Shown one piece after another: positions 33,863 to 38,153 of a stretch of DNA of 38,153 nt. A program made the translations under genes and the position numbers. The stretch covers positions 1-38,153 of the IMG/VR virus record IMGVR_UViG_3300023266_000004; one strand, 5' to 3'. The notes under the pieces are model-generated. The model was not told where the DNA came from. It ran no database searches and was given only the letters and a program-made list of their open reading frames with translations. This stretch comes from a virus (taxonomy: Duplodnaviria > Caudoviricetes). Positions within the stretch are counted from its first letter, which is position 1. Every line of letters starts with the position of its first letter.

Positions 33863-35388
33863 GACGGTGGACCTCCGGCGGCGAGGGACTGGAGCAGGTC
33901 ACGGAACTCGGCGACGGACAGCCCGGCCGAGCGGGCGAGCTCGAGGGCGCCGCTCACGACCGGGGCGGCGGGACCGAGGCCGGCGGTGAGCTTGTCGGCC
34001 TCGACGTCGCCGAGGGTCTTGGCCCGACCGAGCCGGCCCATCAGGACCCGCAGGTGGACGTTCAGGGATTCAGGCAGGATTCCGGCGCCCAGATGCCTCT
34101 GTACGGCCGCAGCGGTGCCCGAAGGCCCAGGGCTACCGGCGGCGGCCTCGGGACGCTCCTGGGGCGCTCCAGGGGCCTCTCGCTGGGCCTGGTCGAGGGG
34201 GATCGTGGCGGCGTTGACCATGATCCGGTCGGTGCCTTCAATGAACGGCAAGTTTTCGCGGCTTCGTTTCTCGGCGACCGTCATGTAGTCGGCCTTCTGA
34301 TACGCATCAGCCCGGACCTCGAAGTCGCCCCGCAGGACCTCGTCCAGAAGGAACTCGGCGTACACGTCGTCGCCGAAGTCGGGGTCGCTGGCGCCGGGCC
34401 GGCGCCCGCCCCGCAGCTCGGCCTCGAGCGTCGATTCGAACAGCTGCAGGCGGGGAGCGTGGGTGTCCCGGTAGAGACTCCTCAGCTGCTCGGTGATGTT
34501 CGAAAAAGTCGCTCGATCGAGGATGTGCACGGCCGGCGGGGGCACGTCGTAGACGGCGCACACCTCCTCCCGGTTGAGCTTGCGGGAGTCGATGTACTGC
34601 GCCTCCTCGGCGGTCAGCGACCACTTCTCGGGCTTGAGCCCTTCCTCGAGGACGACGGTCTCGCCGGTGTTGTCGACCCCGCCGGCCACGGCCGTCCAGG
34701 ACACCTTGAGGCGGTCGAGCGCACCCTGGGACATGGCCCGGGGAGCGGAGAGCAGCACGCCGGGCCGGGCGCCCTTGCGCCAGTAGGCGGACTGGGCCCG
34801 CTGGGCGGCGTCTTCGAACTCGAGGGTGCGCCGCAGCGGCTCGAGGCGGGACATGCCATGGCGTGACGAGTCGGGGTTGAACGTGCGGAAGTGCACGAGG
34901 TCGTGGCCGGGGATGTCGGTGATCCGCACGGCGGCGCCGCCGGTGAAGGTCCAGTAGGCGACGCCGTTGGTCTCCCGGTCGAGATGCATCCCCGTCGGGT
35001 GCAGCGGCACCAGCGCGATCGGCCGGCCGCCCTTGTCCCGCAGCTTGCCCCAGAACGCCTCGCCGTAGGTGTCGAACGTGCTGACCGTCCACAGCCAGAA
35101 GAAGAACCGGGAATGGCGGTTGTTCGGCTTGCGCAGCAGCAGTGCGTAGGGGTGATCCCGGGCCTCGGGCCGGTTGAGGTCGTCGTGCTCGTAGACCTTC
35201 AACGGCAGGCGGGCCTCGCCCATGGCCAGCTTGTTCACTACCGCTGCCACCCACAGGTGCCGGCGGTAGATCTCGGCGTAGGACGCCCAGTAGGCGGGCC
35301 AGCCCGGCACGTTGGTCCGGGGGATCTGGCCGAAGCCGGGGAACTCGGCCGGGGTTCCCTCCCACAGCACGCCCTCGGAGAGGATCAC
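33859..35388 (-). CDS. Portal protein (HK97 family)
   Basis: HPYALLLRKPN, YGEAF, GMSRLE, GARPGVLL, VLEEG and VYDVPP motifs. Confidence 0.95.
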   Translation of the reverse strand: MILSEGVLWEGTPAEFPGFGQIPRTNVPGWPAYWASYAEIYRRHLWVAAVVNKLAMGEARLPLKVYEHDDLNRPEARDHPYALLLRKPNNRHSRFFFWLWTVSTFDTYGEAFWGKLRDKGGRPIALVPLHPTGMHLDRETNGVAYWTFTGGAAVRITDIPGHDLVHFRTFNPDSSRHGMSRLEPLRRTLEFEDAAQRAQSAYWRKGARPGVLLSAPRAMSQGALDRLKVSWTAVAGGVDNTGETVVLEEGLKPEKWSLTAEEAQYIDSRKLNREEVCAVYDVPPPAVHILDRATFSNITEQLRSLYRDTHAPRLQLFESTLEAELRGGRRPGASDPDFGDDVYAEFLLDEVLRGDFEVRADAYQKADYMTVAEKRSRENLPFIEGTDRIMVNAATIPLDQAQREAPGAPQERPEAAAGSPGPSGTAAAVQRHLGAGILPESLNVHLRVLMGRLGRAKTLGDVEADKLTAGLGPAAPVVSGALELARSAGLSVAEFRDLLQSLAAGGPPS

Positions 35389-35699
35389 GACACGGCCGCC
35401 GGCAGGGCCTGCAGGTAGGCGACCTCGGTGCGCAGCACGACGAGCTCACCCTCCACCGGGACGTTGTCCTTCTTGGCGCCGTACGCCAGCGCTTCGGCTT
35501 GTCGCAACACGAGGGCCTCCCGGTCGACGGCGTAGAGCACGCCGGCGAAGGCAGCGTCAGTCTTGGTCGTGACGAGCACCCGACGCCGGCAGCGGGCGAC
35601 GAGCAACGACGGCGAGCGGCCCATGAAGACCACCGCCACGGCAACGGCGGCGATCACCGACAGGGCGAGGACCAGCACGAGAACGTCGAACCAGGTCAC
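35385..35699 (-). CDS. Membrane-anchored protein with an Sm/LSm-like domain
   Basis: N-terminal TM helix, then RRVLVTTKTDAAFAGVLYAVDREALVLRQAE...GELVVLRTEVAYLQ. Confidence 0.6.
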   Translation of the reverse strand: MTWFDVLVLVLALSVIAAVAVAVVFMGRSPSLLVARCRRRVLVTTKTDAAFAGVLYAVDREALVLRQAEALAYGAKKDNVPVEGELVVLRTEVAYLQALPAAVS

Positions 35700-37666
35700 A
35701 ACGTCACCAGGCCCCGGTGCTCATAGACCGACTCGTCGGTCTCGGTCGGGTTCTCGGCGTGCCAGGCGGCGCGCTCGACGCCGGCCACGGCGCACACGCC
35801 CAGGTCGATGTGCCGGCCCGACATCTTGGCGTCCTTGACCGGTCGCGCTCCCCGCACGTCGACCTTCAACACCATGGCGTCGACGTGGCGGGCCAGGCGG
35901 GGATCACCCGAATGGGAGAACCCGCCGTCGAGGGCGAGGTCGAAGAACGTCTTCCAGGCCCGGGTCATGCGCTCGGCCGAGCCCATCGGGTACTCGAGCA
36001 TGGGCAGGCCCTCGTTATCGAGGATCTGGATGGAGCGCTGCCAGCGGTAGGGGTCCATCCCCACCTCGAGCGTGCGGTGCGTCCGGGCCGCCCGGCGCAA
36101 GGCGTCCTCGACGTCGCCGATCGGCACCCGCCAGTCCCGCTCGTGGTGCTCGTTCTCCCACAGATCCACGACCCACAGATGCGGGCGGGCCTCGACGGAC
36201 ACGGCGATGATGCCCGTCGAGTCGCCCGACCACGAGCCGTCGGCCATGAAAATGACCGGGCAGTCATCGGCGACGACCCGGTCGGGCTCGGCGAGGCGGT
36301 CCCACACGCCGAAGGGCAGGGCGCTGGACGCGCTCGTCATCCAGACGTTCGTCCGCTTCGTGCGGAACTCGGGCTCCCGGGTGCGGGGCAGCGTGGCGTG
36401 GAAGTCGGCCACCGAGCAGAGATCGCCGAGGCCGGGGTTCGCCTCGGCCCACACGGCGGGGTCGGTGTGGTCGGCGCCGGCGCCTTCTTTCGGCTCCCAC
36501 CAGGCGAAGAAGAACGACGGGTCCACGGTCTCGCCGGACACCACCCGGCAGCCGTGCTGGTAGAGCGAATAGCAGTGGCTGTCCTGGCCCTTGGCGTCGG
36601 TCCGGGCGCCAGCCGTCGTCAACCCGATGGTCTGGGATTCCTCCCGGGCGCCGCCGGCGAGGGCCACGACGTCCCACAGGTCGGCGTCGGGCTGGACGTG
36701 CACCTCGTCGAAAATGGTGCGGGTCGGCGACAGACCCTCGGAGATGCCGGCCTCCCGGGACAACGCCCGGTACACGCTGCCGGTGGCCGGGTGCTCGATG
36801 GCGTCACGGTAGAGGCGGGCGATGCCCGACAGCTCACGGTCGAGCTCAACCATGCGCCGAGCCACGCCGAACACGATCCTCGCCTGGTCCCGGCTGGCGG
36901 CGCAGCTGTAGATCTCCCCGCCATCGGGGCCCAGAAACAGGCCCTCGAGAGCGAGCCCGGCACCGAGGGCGCTGTTGTGGGTCGGGATCATCGTCGGCCC
37001 GGCGAGGTAGAGGTGCGACGGCGAGTCGACCTCGACGCAGCGCACCGGCACCGAGTCGACCTTGTCGACGGCGACGACCTGGCGGACAGGCGACCCGACG
37101 GCCGGGATCGAGTAGCGAGCGCCGGTGCCATGGGCGCCGCTCATCTCCTCGGTAGTGCGCACCAGCGACCGCTTGCGGAACCGATCGTGCACCAGCCACT
37201 CGTGGTCGGCGTCGGCCACGATGACCGCCCCGTCCGAGAACTCGACCCGGTAACAGGGCCGGTCGAACATGACCTCGGTGGCGGCAACGACGGTGCAGGG
37301 TCGGCCCTGCTCGTCGAGAAGCTCATCGCCGACAGCGACGTCGCCCATCGTCGTCCACCCGGTCGGCGTCGGAAGCTCTGACTCCAGACTTAAGGCTTTC
37401 CCGTTCTTGCGAGCCATGCCGATGAGCGCCGCCCGGTGGCGTAGCCGACCGTCGGGGCCCTCGGCCAGCAGCCCCCGCAGCAGCGACACCTGCCACGGGC
37501 GCAACACGATGAGCTCGCCGGCCCGACCGGCCACCGAGTCCTTCGTGATCCGGCAGTAGCTGTTGATGAACGTCACCGCCTGGTCGGCCCGGGAGCGGGT
37601 GCGCTTGGTCGGGCGCAGGGAGCACCACCGGGGCGGCCACGGCGGCGGCCGGCGACTACCGGGCAT
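35696..37666 (-). CDS. terL: Terminase large subunit with intein
   Basis: LRPWQ, Walker A ARKNGK|S, Walker B IFDEVH, TTAG, WAEANPGL and nuclease ADGS...DPY...IDL motifs. ATG 37666 overlaps the end of TerS. Confidence 0.95.
   Translation of the reverse strand: MPGSRRPPPWPPRWCSLRPTKRTRSRADQAVTFINSYCRITKDSVAGRAGELIVLRPWQVSLLRGLLAEGPDGRLRHRAALIGMARKNGKALSLESELPTPTGWTTMGDVAVGDELLDEQGRPCTVVAATEVMFDRPCYRVEFSDGAVIVADADHEWLVHDRFRKRSLVRTTEEMSGAHGTGARYSIPAVGSPVRQVVAVDKVDSVPVRCVEVDSPSHLYLAGPTMIPTHNSALGAGLALEGLFLGPDGGEIYSCAASRDQARIVFGVARRMVELDRELSGIARLYRDAIEHPATGSVYRALSREAGISEGLSPTRTIFDEVHVQPDADLWDVVALAGGAREESQTIGLTTAGARTDAKGQDSHCYSLYQHGCRVVSGETVDPSFFFAWWEPKEGAGADHTDPAVWAEANPGLGDLCSVADFHATLPRTREPEFRTKRTNVWMTSASSALPFGVWDRLAEPDRVVADDCPVIFMADGSWSGDSTGIIAVSVEARPHLWVVDLWENEHHERDWRVPIGDVEDALRRAARTHRTLEVGMDPYRWQRSIQILDNEGLPMLEYPMGSAERMTRAWKTFFDLALDGGFSHSGDPRLARHVDAMVLKVDVRGARPVKDAKMSGRHIDLGVCAVAGVERAAWHAENPTETDESVYEHRGLVTL
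36974..37396 (-). mobile_element. Class 3 mini-intein (141 aa, no endonuclease) in the TerL P-loop
   Basis: Junctions NGK|ALSLES and IPTHN|SAL; Ala at position 1; W in DADHEW, C in VRCVEV and T in PTHN form the WCT triplet. Confidence 0.9.
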
Positions 37667-38096
37667 CGGTGCGCAGCTTCTGCAGCGTGGTCTGGGCCTG
37701 CACCTCGGCGACGCCGAGGCGGGAGCGGTCCGCCGGCGTGAACCCGAGCAGCGACAGGGCCCGCACGATCTGGGCGTCGATGTCCCGCAGCGCCGAGCGC
37801 TCGTGCCAGGCGCCCCGCAGCACGTCGAGGCGCAGAGCAGCCCGCTCGTCGAGCTGCTCGCACAGGATCTGCAGGAGCTCGATGTCGGTCTGCGGCGAGA
37901 TCCACCGGGCGCCACACGACCACGCCCGCTCCCACAGGCCCAGGCCCACGGCGCCGAGCGGGCGCAGCGGCGGCGGCGTCTCCGTCGCCGGCGCCAGGGC
38001 CACGATGTCGCTCAACGCCGGCAACGGCCGCTTGCCGGGGTTGCCCAGCCGGCGCTTCTCCTCGTTCGGGCGGGGCGGCGGGCCTCGGCGACCCAT
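37656..38096 (-). CDS. terS: Terminase small subunit (P27-like)
   Basis: MGRRGPPPRP..KRRLGNPGKRPL...LGFTPADRSRL. Start may be 38096 or 38105. Confidence 0.88.
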   Translation of the reverse strand: MGRRGPPPRPNEEKRRLGNPGKRPLPALSDIVALAPATETPPPLRPLGAVGLGLWERAWSCGARWISPQTDIELLQILCEQLDERAALRLDVLRGAWHERSALRDIDAQIVRALSLLGFTPADRSRLGVAEVQAQTTLQKLRTDAR

Positions 38097-38153
38097 CAGG
38101 TCCACCAGTCGGAGACAGGTTTCGCTTCAAACCTGCGTTTCTGTGAGGCGGAC

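Larger units (their letters stand above)
1..38153 (-). mobile_element. Probably complete temperate siphophage genome (HK97-like head, serine integrase)
   Basis: Packaging, head, tail, lysis, integration and replication modules are all present. HNH at the left end and TerS at the right end would be neighbours on a circle. No host housekeeping genes are visible. Confidence 0.9.

Noticed and set aside
37667-37915. Upstream extensions in the ORF track for TerL (to 37915), capsid (to 33311), connector (to 31861), tail tube (to 31051) and others
   Set aside because: They overlap upstream genes in other frames. Internal starts with an RBS or stop/start overlaps fit better.
1-38153. tRNA, rRNA or tmRNA genes
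   Set aside because: No cloverleaf or T-loop signature was seen in the few intergenic gaps by eye; tRNAscan or Infernal would be needed to exclude them formally.

Overview
The window looks like an essentially complete ~38 kb, high-GC temperate siphovirus genome with an HK97-like head, probably infecting an actinobacterium (a C-terminal P-x-F-T-G motif hints at Acidimicrobiia). It appears linearised between the HNH gene (left end) and the small terminase gene (right end), with no host flanks. All credible genes are on the minus strand, mostly translationally coupled. Reading right to left: terminases (TerL carries an Ala-starting class 3 mini-intein), head, neck and tail genes with a probable -1 frameshifted tail chaperone, endolysin and holin, collagen-like and 17-repeat BspA/DUF285-type LRR proteins, small accessory genes including an Acr/Aca-like pair of duplicated promoter cassettes, a large serine integrase, an excisionase/Cro-like HTH, a recombination/modification/replication operon (resolvase-like nuclease, PAPS-reductase family protein, exonuclease, SSB-like protein, ParB-HTH-methyltransferase, restriction-like nuclease, primase-helicase), an iteron-like origin, an intein-containing ParB-methyltransferase, and HNH. 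The best leads are (1) a ParB-HTH-MTase gene with a perfect palindrome right after its HTH codons, coupled to a nuclease, and (2) the promoter-repeat cassettes ending in a small HTH gene. All product calls come from motif recognition by eye; no database searches were run.
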